DNA of 25,347 bases, taken from the NCBI RefSeq assembly GCF_900113175.1, contig NZ_FOOK01000039.1:1-25347 (forward strand), read 5' to 3'. The translations under genes and the position numbers were made by a program. Shown in pieces: positions 16,580 to 24,223 of the stretch; the first letter of the stretch is position 1, and every line of letters begins with the position of its first letter. A model generated the notes under the pieces. It was not told where the DNA came from. It saw nothing but the letters and a program-made list of their open reading frames with translations, and did no database searches. Source of the DNA: Planifilum fulgidum. Its GTDB lineage: Bacteria > Bacillota > Bacilli > Thermoactinomycetales > DSM-44946.

Positions 16580-17242
16580 TCAGGAGATCACCGCCGACTC
16601 CGCGGTTCCCCCGTTGATCTGGGTGAAGGAAGAGGCGACGGTGCCTGCGATCCGCTCCGGATCTTCCCCTTCGATGGTGTTCAGGTGGAAGATCACCTGC
16701 AGCAAGCGGGAGGATTTTTCCGTCACGGCGGCGCGGGCCGAATCCACGTAGGGACTGCCGAAGGGGCCTGATTCGTCCCGGAGGAGCAGTTTGTTTTCCA
16801 TCGACACCTCCCGGCCGTTCAGCGCAGGATAACCGTCACCCGCCTTTCCGACGGTCGCCGTGATGGTTCCCTTGAGGGCGTCGGCGTCGTATATTCCGAA
16901 AGGCAATAGATATTTCAGGGAGAAAAAGTTGTTCACATCGACGGCGCTGTTCACCTCGGGGAGGGTGTCCCCCTTCAGCACCCGACGAAGCAAGGCTTCC
17001 GCCGAGGGACGGTAACGGGAAGGGGAGGAGCCCAGCCGCCGAAACGCTTCCCTCCATTCGCGGATCGGCTGGAGACCTCCTATCTTTTCCATGCTGTGTT
17101 CGATCCGGAGATGCTCCAGAAACAGCTCGAACCGTCCGCGGAAGGGGTGGGGGGAACGGCTGACGGTGCATCCTTCGTACCGGATGACGATCAGTTGCAG
17201 GTTGGGAAGTTGTGAGCGGAGTTCGGAGTCAAGGTTTACCAT
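16580..17242 (-). CDS. B3/4 domain-containing protein (PheT B3/B4-like; YtpR/YhzB-like family)
   Basis: About 220 aa. GILYYDADALKGTITATVGKAGDGYPALNGREVSMENKLLLRDESGPFGSPYVDSARAAVTEKS resembles B3_4 domain proteins. The start is chosen at ATG17242, preceded by GGAGGTG 12 nt upstream. The track start TTG17305 is an alternative. It is convergent with the UDG gene. Confidence 0.55.
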   Translation of the reverse strand: MVNLDSELRSQLPNLQLIVIRYEGCTVSRSPHPFRGRFELFLEHLRIEHSMEKIGGLQPIREWREAFRRLGSSPSRYRPSAEALLRRVLKGDTLPEVNSAVDVNNFFSLKYLLPFGIYDADALKGTITATVGKAGDGYPALNGREVSMENKLLLRDESGPFGSPYVDSARAAVTEKSSRLLQVIFHLNTIEGEDPERIAGTVASSFTQINGGTAESAVIS

Positions 17243-17400
17243 CGTTTGCTTTTTCACCTCCGGTCGGGATACCATAGAATAACAGATGGTCTCCAGGATT
17301 GCCAAGTCGGGTTCAGGCCATCCCCCGTCTGTTTTCCTTCGGCGGAAAGGGGCCCTGGTCCTTTTTCGCCGGGCGAAGGAAGCGGAAAGGAGGAGGATAC

Positions 17401-19104
17401 ATGGAACGGTTGAGGCAGATTCTGACTCGGATCGACGGCAGGGGATACAAGGCGTACAAGGATATTCAGGGGGAATACCGGTTTCCTTTTTTTACTTTAT
17501 ATATAGACTACGTCCAGGGGGATCCCTTCGCATCCCCTTCCCGGATCCGGGTGCGCATGGACCAGCAGCGGGCGAGATACGACCGGCAGTGGTATGCGGA
17601 TGAACACCGGCGGATCGCCCTGGAGGACTGGGTTTTGCGCCAGGCGGCCCGGGAGGTGCAGTCCCTCTCCTTCCGGGTTCAGGGCACGGGGAAGAGCGGC
17701 CTGTTTGCGGTGGACCGCCCCGGCCAGGAGATTTTGCCGCGGACGGCGGTGGTGGTGAACGAACGGTACGTCGAACTGAGGCTCACCGTCGGTTTGCCGG
17801 CGCGGGGGCGGACGGTGTTGGGGAACAAAGCCATCCAGATGCTCTGTGAAGACCTGCCCCGGCTGGTCCAGCGCAGCCTGCCGGCATCCTCCTTCGACCG
17901 GGAGAAGCTGGAGGAGCGGCTGCGCCTGGCGGACAACCAGAAGGCGATTCGCGATTATCTGCGGGAAAAGGGATGGATCGCCTTTGTCGCCAACGGATCC
18001 ATCCTGCCCCGGGAAAGCGGGGTGAGCGATCGGCCCCTGAGACACGGGCGGGTGGTCCCCTTCCAGTCGCCGCCGACGATGGAGGTGGCCATCGAGGTGC
18101 CCCACGGCGAACCGATCCGCGGGATGGTGATCAAGGACGGGATCACCCTGATCGTGGGGGGAGGTTACCACGGAAAAAGCACCCTGCTCAAGGCCCTGGA
18201 GCGCGGGGTGTACGACCACATCGAGGGGGACGGCCGGGAGTACGTGATCACCGACCGAAATGCGGTCAAGGTCCGGGCGGAGGACGGCCGCCGGGTGGAG
18301 AAGGTGAACATTTCTCCCTTTATCAACAACCTGCCCTTCGGCCGGGACACGGTCCGCTTTTCCACCGACGACGCCAGTGGCAGCACCTCCCAGGCGACCA
18401 ACATCATGGAGAGCCTGGAGATGGGCGCCTCCTGCCTGCTGATTGACGAGGACACCAGCGCCACCAACTTCATGATCCGCGACGGGCGCATGCAGGCCCT
18501 GGTGGCCAAGGGCAAGGAGCCGATCACCCCCTTCATCGACAAGGTGCGCCAGATGTACGAGGAGCTGGGAGTCTCCAGCGTCCTCGTGCTGGGCGGTTCG
18601 GGGGATTATTTCGATGTGGCGGACTCGGTGATCATGATGGATGAATATCTGCCCCGCGACGTCACCGAGGAGGCGAAGGCGATCGCCGCCGCGAAGAGCA
18701 ACGGGCGGAAGCGGGAAGGGGGCGATTCCTTCGGCGAAGTGACGCACCGGGTGGTGCTGTCCAAGGGTTTCGATCCCCGGAAGGGGAAAAAGGAAAAGAC
18801 GGACGCCAAGGGGCTTCACACGATTCAGTTCGGAACGACCACCGTCGATTTGTCCGCCCTGGAGCAGCTGGTCGATGTGAGCCAAACCCGGGCCATCGCC
18901 GAGATGATGCGCCTGTTGGGGCGGATGGCCGACGGGCGGAAAACCCTGAAGCAGTTGGTTGACGAGCTGTACGGGCGGATCGAGGAGAAGGGGCTGGATG
19001 TCATTTCCCCCTATTTCGGCCAGCATCCCGGGGATTTGGCCCTTCCGCGGAAGCTGGAGGTGGCCGCGGCGGTCAACCGGCTGCGCACATTGTCCGTTCA
19101 GTGA
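17401..19104 (+). CDS. ABC-ATPase-domain protein (COG3044-type predicted ATPase of the ABC class)
   Basis: 567 aa from ATG17401, with a strong RBS AAAGGAGGAGGAT. The Walker A motif is GGGYHGKSTLLKALERG. A Walker B-like LLIDEDTSATNF is present. The 34 codons of the track ORF upstream of ATG17401 lack an RBS. Confidence 0.75.
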   Translation: MERLRQILTRIDGRGYKAYKDIQGEYRFPFFTLYIDYVQGDPFASPSRIRVRMDQQRARYDRQWYADEHRRIALEDWVLRQAAREVQSLSFRVQGTGKSGLFAVDRPGQEILPRTAVVVNERYVELRLTVGLPARGRTVLGNKAIQMLCEDLPRLVQRSLPASSFDREKLEERLRLADNQKAIRDYLREKGWIAFVANGSILPRESGVSDRPLRHGRVVPFQSPPTMEVAIEVPHGEPIRGMVIKDGITLIVGGGYHGKSTLLKALERGVYDHIEGDGREYVITDRNAVKVRAEDGRRVEKVNISPFINNLPFGRDTVRFSTDDASGSTSQATNIMESLEMGASCLLIDEDTSATNFMIRDGRMQALVAKGKEPITPFIDKVRQMYEELGVSSVLVLGGSGDYFDVADSVIMMDEYLPRDVTEEAKAIAAAKSNGRKREGGDSFGEVTHRVVLSKGFDPRKGKKEKTDAKGLHTIQFGTTTVDLSALEQLVDVSQTRAIAEMMRLLGRMADGRKTLKQLVDELYGRIEEKGLDVISPYFGQHPGDLALPRKLEVAAAVNRLRTLSVQ

Positions 19105-19117
19105 GGGGAGTACGGCC

Positions 19118-19561
19118 GTGAAAGAAGTGACCATTTACACCGACGGCGCCTGTTCCGGCAACCCCGGTCCGGGAGGATGGGCGTCGATCCTGATGTACGG
19201 CGGCCGGATCAAGGAGATTTCCGGCGGGGAAAGGATGACCACCAACAACCGGATGGAGCTGACCGCCGCCATCGAAGCGCTCCGCCGGCTGAAGGAACCG
19301 TGCCGGGTCCGGCTTTATACGGACAGCGCCTATCTCGTCAACTGCTTTGAGCAGCGATGGCATGAAAAATGGGAAAAGAACGGGTGGTTGAACAGCAGGA
19401 AGGAACCGGTGGAAAACCGGGATTTGTGGCAGGAGTTGCTCCGGCTGGTCCGGATCCACGACGTCCGCTTTCTGAAGGTGAAGGGCCATGCCGACGACAA
19501 GTGGAACAACCGGTGCGATGAACTGGCCCGGGCCGCGGTGCCCCGAAGCGGGGACGGCTGA
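19118..19561 (+). CDS. rnhA: ribonuclease HI
   Basis: VKEVTIYTDGACSGNPGPGGWASIL...TNNRMELTAAIEAL...VRLYTDSAYLVNCFEQRWHEKWEKNGW...VRFLKVKGHADDKWNNRCDELARAA. The DEDD catalytic residues are in the canonical RNase H context. RBS GAGGGGAG followed by GTG19118, 14 nt after the stop of the preceding gene. Confidence 0.85.
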   Translation: MKEVTIYTDGACSGNPGPGGWASILMYGGRIKEISGGERMTTNNRMELTAAIEALRRLKEPCRVRLYTDSAYLVNCFEQRWHEKWEKNGWLNSRKEPVENRDLWQELLRLVRIHDVRFLKVKGHADDKWNNRCDELARAAVPRSGDG

Positions 19562-19591
19562 GGAATCGGAAGATCGGGAGGAGGTGGCAGG

Positions 19592-20758
19592 ATGCGTCCG
19601 GAGGAGATCAAAGCCCGCTTGATCGAAGAAGCGAAGCGGCTGAACATCGACAAGATCGGCTTTGCGTCCGCCGATCCGTTTCTCGAGCTGAAGGAACGGC
19701 TGATCGAGCACCGGCGGAAAGGGTATGAGTCGGGCTTCGAAGAGCCGGACCTGGAGAAGCGGACCCGTCCGGACAAAATCCTGCCCGAGGCGAAGAGCCT
19801 CATCGCCATTGCGCTGGCTTACCCCTCCCGGCTTTCCAATCCGCCCAAGTCGAAACCCGGAGCGTATCGCGGCATCTTTTGCCGGGCGTCCTGGGGGAAG
19901 GATTATCACCACGTGCTGCGGGAGCGGTTGGAGGCCTTGAAGAAATGCCTGCTGGACATGGTTCCGACCGCCTCCGCGGAGGTCCTGGTGGATACCGGGC
20001 CGCTGTCCGACCGGGCCGTCGCGGAACGGGCGGGCATCGGCTGGGTGGGCAAGAATACCGCGCTCATCACCGAGGAGTTCGGCTCCTGGGTGTATCTCGG
20101 GGAAATGATCACCGACGTCTACCTGCCACCGGACACTCCGGTGACGGAGGGGTGCGGCGATTGCACCGCCTGCCTGGATGCCTGCCCCACCGGGGCCCTC
20201 GTGCAGCCCGGTCAATTGAACGCCCAGGCCTGCCTGGCCTATTTGACCCAGACCAAGCAGATGGTGCCGGAGCCCTACCGGGAAAAGATCGGCAACCGGC
20301 TGTACGGCTGTGACACCTGCCAGGTGGTTTGCCCGAAAAACCGGAAAGTGAACTTCACCCACCAGCGGGAATTCCGGCCGGATCCGGAAAAGGTGAAGCC
20401 CCTGCTGAAGCCGATTCTCGGCATGAGCAACCGGCAGTTTCGCCGGGAATTCGGGGAGATGGCCGGTTCCTGGCGGGGGAGGGGGCCGATTCAGCGGAAC
20501 GCGATCATCGCTTTGGCCCACTTCCGCGACCGTTCGGCGGTGCCCCTTCTTTCCCGGCTGCTCCGGGAGGATCCCCGGCCGGTAATCCGCGGGACGTCGG
20601 CCTGGGCCCTGGGCAAAATCGGCGGAGAAGATGCGCTTACGGCGCTTTGCGAAGCGGAGCGGGAGGAGACGGATGCCGACGTGCGGCGGGAGATCGGGCA
20701 GGCCCTCGCCCGCCTTCGGCGGGAGGAGGTCTCCTCCGGTTCCCCTCCAAAGCGTTGA
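19592..20758 (+). CDS. queG: epoxyqueuosine reductase
   Basis: 388 aa. CGDCTACLDACPTGAL and CDTCQVVCPKN are the two 4Fe-4S ferredoxin motifs. C-terminal HEAT-like repeats (AIIALAHFRDRSAVPLL...IRGTSAWALGKIGGEDA) are typical of QueG. RBS GGGAGGAGG followed by ATG19592. Confidence 0.9.
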   Translation: MRPEEIKARLIEEAKRLNIDKIGFASADPFLELKERLIEHRRKGYESGFEEPDLEKRTRPDKILPEAKSLIAIALAYPSRLSNPPKSKPGAYRGIFCRASWGKDYHHVLRERLEALKKCLLDMVPTASAEVLVDTGPLSDRAVAERAGIGWVGKNTALITEEFGSWVYLGEMITDVYLPPDTPVTEGCGDCTACLDACPTGALVQPGQLNAQACLAYLTQTKQMVPEPYREKIGNRLYGCDTCQVVCPKNRKVNFTHQREFRPDPEKVKPLLKPILGMSNRQFRREFGEMAGSWRGRGPIQRNAIIALAHFRDRSAVPLLSRLLREDPRPVIRGTSAWALGKIGGEDALTALCEAEREETDADVRREIGQALARLRREEVSSGSPPKR

Positions 20759-20799
20759 GGGCCCGCCATTTTGATAAGGGTTTAAAGGAGGTTCTTCCC

Positions 20800-21345
20800 A
20801 TGATCCCGGAACCGCGCGTCATCGCCTGGAGCGAGATGGAAAGCCCCATCGGACCGCTCACGCTGGCGATGACCCCTCGGGGGATTTGCTATATCGATTT
20901 CGGGGCGGGAGAGCGGACGCAGGTCGAGCTGAAGGTGTGGGCCCGGCGACGATTCCGCTCCGTCCGCCTGGAACGTTTGGATCGGGAATTGGAGCATGTG
21001 AAAAAACAATTGGCGGAATATTTCGATGGGAAGCGCCGCCGTTTCGACCTTCCCGTCGACCTGTACGGCACTCCCTTCCAGCTCCGCGTCTGGCGGGAGC
21101 TCAAGAAGATTCCCTACGGAGAGGTGCGCTCCTACAAGGAATTGGCCCGGGCCATCGGATCCCCCAAGGCCGTGCGCGCCGTCGGCGGGGCCAACAACAA
21201 AAATCCCGTGCCGATCCTGGTTCCCTGTCACCGCGTGATCGGCTCCAACGGTTCCCTGGTCGGATACGGAGGCGGGTTGTCCATCAAGGAATATCTGCTG
21301 AAGCTGGAGGGTGCCCCCTTGCCGCAGCACCCATCGAAGGGATGA
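20800..21345 (+). CDS. ogt: methylated-DNA--protein-cysteine methyltransferase (Ogt/MGMT)
   Basis: The active site PCHRVIGSNGSLVGYGGGL and the HTH segment IPYGEVRSYKELARAIGSPKAVRAVGGANNKNP are present. RBS AAAGGAGG 8 nt upstream of ATG20800. The 157 upstream codons of the track ORF (20329-) overlap queG and are low-complexity. Confidence 0.85.
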   Translation: MIPEPRVIAWSEMESPIGPLTLAMTPRGICYIDFGAGERTQVELKVWARRRFRSVRLERLDRELEHVKKQLAEYFDGKRRRFDLPVDLYGTPFQLRVWRELKKIPYGEVRSYKELARAIGSPKAVRAVGGANNKNPVPILVPCHRVIGSNGSLVGYGGGLSIKEYLLKLEGAPLPQHPSKG

Positions 21346-21624
21346 ACGGGGTTGTTGCCGTTCCCTCCAGCCCCTTTTGGGCAGATCCTTCGGCGCGTCT
21401 CCGGGCACCGGCGGATCGGCTCCAGCCGGTGGCCGGCGGAATCGCTGAAATGGGCGGAGGCGTTTCGCCGGCCGGGGCGGATGGGCTGGATCGGATCGAA
21501 CGGCCCGTCGCTATCCGGCTGCATGCCCCGTCTTTTCAGCCGGTCGGGCGCGCCCTGGCATGTCCTCGAAGTCCGCGCGAAAGGCGGATGTTTGGCAAAG
21601 GGGCGGTGATATGTATATGGTGGA

Positions 21625-21759
21625 ATGGTTCGGCTGCCAATACGACAAATTCAAAAGTCTGCTCCAGGAGCAAGTAAGAAGCAGAATGAAATACTGGATC
21701 TGCTAAGGCAAATCTCTCATCAACTGGAGGAGATCCAAAAAGCCGACGAAAACAAATGA
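21625..21759 (+). CDS. possible small ORF (44 aa), MVRLPIRQIQKSAPGASKKQNEILDLLRQISHQLEEIQKADENK, ending just before a strong terminator (speculative)
   Basis: Its C-terminal half is coiled-coil-like and the gene ends 3 nt before the 21762-21790 terminator. The RBS is poor (GGTGGA abuts the ATG). An alternative frame starting at ATG21611 (MYMVEWFGCQYDKFKSLLQEQ...) may be its frameshifted N-terminus. Confidence 0.2.
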   Translation: MVRLPIRQIQKSAPGASKKQNEILDLLRQISHQLEEIQKADENK

Positions 21760-21761
21760 CA

Positions 21762-21790
21762 AAACGCCCTTTTCTCCGGGCGTTTTTTAT
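21762..21790 (+). terminator. rho-independent terminator
   Basis: Stem AAACGCCC (21762-21769) / GGGCGTTT (21778-21785), with the loop TTTTCTCC. TTTTTTAT follows. Confidence 0.65.
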
Positions 21791-22011
21791 CGTCCTCTGT
21801 GATTCCTCTCTTTTGTTCCCTTCGTTCCGCTTCTCGCTTTGCTCGTTCGCTTTCCCATTCTCACGGTTTCCCCGGGACTTTTCCCGCAGCCCCGGCCAAT
21901 TCTTTCCGGTTCCATTCACGTGAAGGCGATGCCTTCCGTTTCATGGTGAAAAAGACAAGGCGGAACCTGACAAACGATCGGGCCAAATCTTCGCCTATCG
22001 GTCTATTTTTT

Positions 22012-22050
22012 CTCTTCGCCTCATATTGATAGAAAAAAAGAGGCGAAGGG
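22012..22050 (+). promoter_or_regulatory. 11-bp stem-loop overlapping the Shine-Dalgarno region of the yhbB-like gene
   Basis: CTCTTCGCCTC (22012-22022) pairs with GAGGCGAAGGG (22040-22050). The 17-nt loop is ATATTGATAGAAAAAAA. The 3' arm contains the likely SD AAGGGG, 10 nt before ATG22061. No T-run follows, so it is not a terminator. Confidence 0.35.
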
Positions 22051-22060
22051 GTTAGGGAAC

Positions 22061-23002
22061 ATGGTGGAGCGTCCCTGGCACAAGCCGCTGGTCGCCTGGT
22101 TCGAGTCCCAAAACCGCTTTTGGCTGGAAGGGGAAGAGGAAAAGCTGCTTCGCCTCGTGACCGACTCCGAGGCGGAATGGGTGAAGGCGGAGACGGAGCG
22201 GATGCAGCGGGCCCGTAAGCAGGTGAGGGAACGGGAAGTCAGGCCCGTCAAGGGAGAATGCCGCATCCGGGTGGCGCGGCGGGAGCGGATGGAAGAGGAG
22301 GAGGTCCTCCTTTGGATCCGGTCCGACCGGCGCTTGACGGTGGAGCAGAAGGATGCGCTCATCGAAGAGGAAGAGATCGCCTGGTTCCGGGTCCTCATAC
22401 AGTTTGTGGGGGACGGCTGGAGGATCGCCCACTGCTTTCCGGAGGCGGAGCCCGTCGAGTGGGTCCGGCCGCCCCGGGTCAGCCTGTCCGATTCCGAAAC
22501 GCCTCCCGCCTTCGCATCGGCGGGGTATGACCGCCGGCGGGCGGTTCAATACGCCAATCTTTGGTGGAACGGCTACAATCCCCGATATCGCCGGTTTGAT
22601 GTGGACTGCACCAATTACGTTTCCCAATGCATTCACGCCGGGGGAGTTCCCATGGATTTTTCCCCGGTGCGGGATCGCGGCTGGTGGTATCGACGCGACC
22701 TGTGGAGCTACAGCTGGGCCGTGGCGCACAGTCTGCAGTGGTACCTGGCCAAAGGGGGCGGACCGATGCGGGCGGTCCAGGTGAGCCGGCCGGAAGAACT
22801 CCTGCCCGGTGACATCATTTGCTATGATTGGGACGGAGACGGGAGATGGGACCACAACACCATCGTCACGGCCAAGGATCCGGCGGGCATGCCCCTGGTG
22901 AACGCCCACACGGTCAACAGCCGCCATCGCTATTGGGATTATCGCGATTCGTACGCCTGGACCCCCAACACCCGCTACCGCTTCTATCGGATCGAAGGAT
23001 AG
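22061..23002 (+). CDS. YhbB-like protein: N-terminal coiled-coil plus C-terminal putative amidase domain (Amidase_6-type)
   Basis: 313 aa. The C-terminal core is GYDRRRAVQYANLWWNGYNPRYRRFDVDCTNYVSQCIHAGGVPMDF...GDIICYDWDGDGRWDHNTIVTAKD...NAHTVNSRHRYWDY, with a Cys/His in the CTN(F/Y)VSQC context typical of the putative-amidase family. Its position between queG and trmL mirrors B. subtilis yhbA-yhbB-cspR. Confidence 0.7.
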   Translation: MVERPWHKPLVAWFESQNRFWLEGEEEKLLRLVTDSEAEWVKAETERMQRARKQVREREVRPVKGECRIRVARRERMEEEEVLLWIRSDRRLTVEQKDALIEEEEIAWFRVLIQFVGDGWRIAHCFPEAEPVEWVRPPRVSLSDSETPPAFASAGYDRRRAVQYANLWWNGYNPRYRRFDVDCTNYVSQCIHAGGVPMDFSPVRDRGWWYRRDLWSYSWAVAHSLQWYLAKGGGPMRAVQVSRPEELLPGDIICYDWDGDGRWDHNTIVTAKDPAGMPLVNAHTVNSRHRYWDYRDSYAWTPNTRYRFYRIEG

Positions 23003-23040
23003 GGGAAAGGAGTTGGGCAAAGAAGGCCTGCGGGCCGGGT

Positions 23041-23065
23041 TTGCACCGGAGCACTTTGTTATAAT
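23041..23065 (+). promoter_or_regulatory. extended -10 promoter (TGtTATAAT) with a weak -35 TTGCAC, starting a short GC-rich transcript
   Basis: TG at 23057-23058, followed by t, then TATAAT at 23060-65. TTGCAC is at 23041-46, with a 13-nt spacer. About 110 nt downstream is a weak hairpin GGCC-TGA-GGCC followed by a TTTTTT run (23165-23183). Confidence 0.3.
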
Positions 23066-23642
23066 TGGAAATGGGGCGTCGCGCAGCCGCTTCGACAGGG
23101 CTTCGCGGAGGGGATGTCCGGGGGCGGTCGCCGCCCGTCGTCGCATCGGGTGATCGCGCTTTGGGGCCTGAGGCCGGTTTTTTATTAGTGACGGCTTCAG
23201 GGCGAGGCGGGACACCGTTTCGGCGTCTTGGACAGAGGAAAGGCCCGCGGTGCTTTGCGGACCGAAACCGGGGTGGACGGCGTGGACCGTTTTTAACGGA
23301 ATCTGCGGCAGAAACGGCGATTGCGCCGGCAGAGACGGCAGAATACGCGGTTGCGCCGGCGGAACCGGCGGGACCGGCAGAGGCGGCAAAGGTGGCAGAA
23401 ACGACGGCCGAAAGCATAGTTGACGTTCGGCTTGCCCAAAATCAACCCTCCCTTCTGCTTCACAAAAAAAGTTTTTCATCCAACTGCAGTGTATGTGCCG
23501 GGAATGTTTTTCGGCAGGGTGGTTGCTATATTCATAGAAAATGTGCTCCTGTTCTTTGCCGGCGATGCTGCTTCCTGTCACCGGGATGCAGCGACAGTTT
23601 AGCAGGGCTGGCGAGAAAGTTTGCGGAGGTTGGAGGTGGAGT

Positions 23643-24107
23643 ATGCCCTTTCACATTGTGCTGGTTGAACCCGAAATTCCGCAAAACACCGGAAACATCG
23701 CCCGAACCTGCGCCGCCACGGGCGCGATCCTCCACCTGGTGAAACCCCTGGGCTTTTCCCTGGAGGACCGCTATTTAAAGCGGGCCGGTCTGGACTATTG
23801 GGACCGGGTCCGGCTTCACACCCACGATTCCTTTGAGGATTTGGCCGCTTCTTTTCGCGGAGGGCGCTTTTTTTGTGCCACCACGAAGGCGGACAGATCC
23901 TACACGGATTTTTCATTCCGGGATGGGGACTTCCTGGTCTTCGGAAAAGAGACGGCGGGGCTTCCTGCCCATCTGCTGGAGCGCTATCGGGACACCTGCA
24001 TGCGCATTCCGATGCTTCCCGAAAACCGGTCCCTCAACCTGTCCAACGCGGTGGCCATCGTGCTCTACGAAGCGCTGCGCCAGAACGGGTTTCCCGGCCT
24101 GAAATAA
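23643..24107 (+). CDS. trmL: tRNA (cytidine/uridine-2'-O)-methyltransferase TrmL (SpoU/TrmH family; CspR-like)
   Basis: MPFHIVLVEPEIPQNTGNIARTCAATGAILHLVKPLGF...DYWD...FGKETAGLP...MRIPM...RSLNLSNAVAIVLYEALRQ. This is a typical 154-aa TrmL. RBS GGAGGTGGAG followed by ATG23643. Confidence 0.85.
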   Translation: MPFHIVLVEPEIPQNTGNIARTCAATGAILHLVKPLGFSLEDRYLKRAGLDYWDRVRLHTHDSFEDLAASFRGGRFFCATTKADRSYTDFSFRDGDFLVFGKETAGLPAHLLERYRDTCMRIPMLPENRSLNLSNAVAIVLYEALRQNGFPGLK

Positions 24108-24147
24108 AATCTTTCAAGGAAATAGTTCCAAAGTGGTATAATCGAGA

Positions 24148-24185
24148 GGGGGAGTTTCGGCAAGTCCCCCTCCTGTGTTTTTGCG
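24148..24185 (+). terminator. rho-independent terminator after trmL
   Basis: 8-bp stem GAGGGGGA (24148-24155) / TCCCCCTC (24167-24174), with an 11-nt loop. CTGTGTTTTTG follows. A promoter-like TTCAAG-N18-TGgTATAAT (24116-24146) lies immediately 5' of it. Confidence 0.55.
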
Positions 24186-24223
24186 ACTCAAAACGTGTCT
24201 GAAAGCGAGGAGGACGTGGGCCG

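Noticed and set aside
17497-19134. 545-aa minus-strand ORF
   Set aside because: It is antisense to the ABC-class ATPase gene (Walker A/B present on the + strand). The translation is Pro/Gly/His-rich noise.
19073-20521. 482-aa minus-strand ORF
   Set aside because: It is antisense to rnhA and queG, both of which have clear catalytic motifs on the + strand.
20329-20799. Long N-terminal extensions of the track ORFs for ogt, UDG (15865), GNAT (15964), ABC-ATPase (17299), rnhA (18959) and Cof (13544)
   Set aside because: The upstream in-frame segments are low-complexity and overlap neighbouring genes or lack an RBS. Conserved N-termini and good RBSs support the internal starts listed in the features.
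20782-21677. ORFs 20886..21677 (+) and 20782..21408 (-)
   Set aside because: They are out-of-frame or antisense overlaps of ogt, with Arg/Gly-rich translations and no RBS.
22052-23581. 509-aa minus-strand ORF and 22914..23417 minus ORF
   Set aside because: They are antisense to the YhbB-like amidase-domain gene and to the repeat-containing spacer. The translation is proline-rich low-complexity.
23065-23742. 225-aa + ORF across the yhbB-trmL spacer
   Set aside because: It is low-complexity and has no RBS. Its 3' third overlaps trmL in a different frame. It is better explained as a non-coding spacer containing degenerate repeats.
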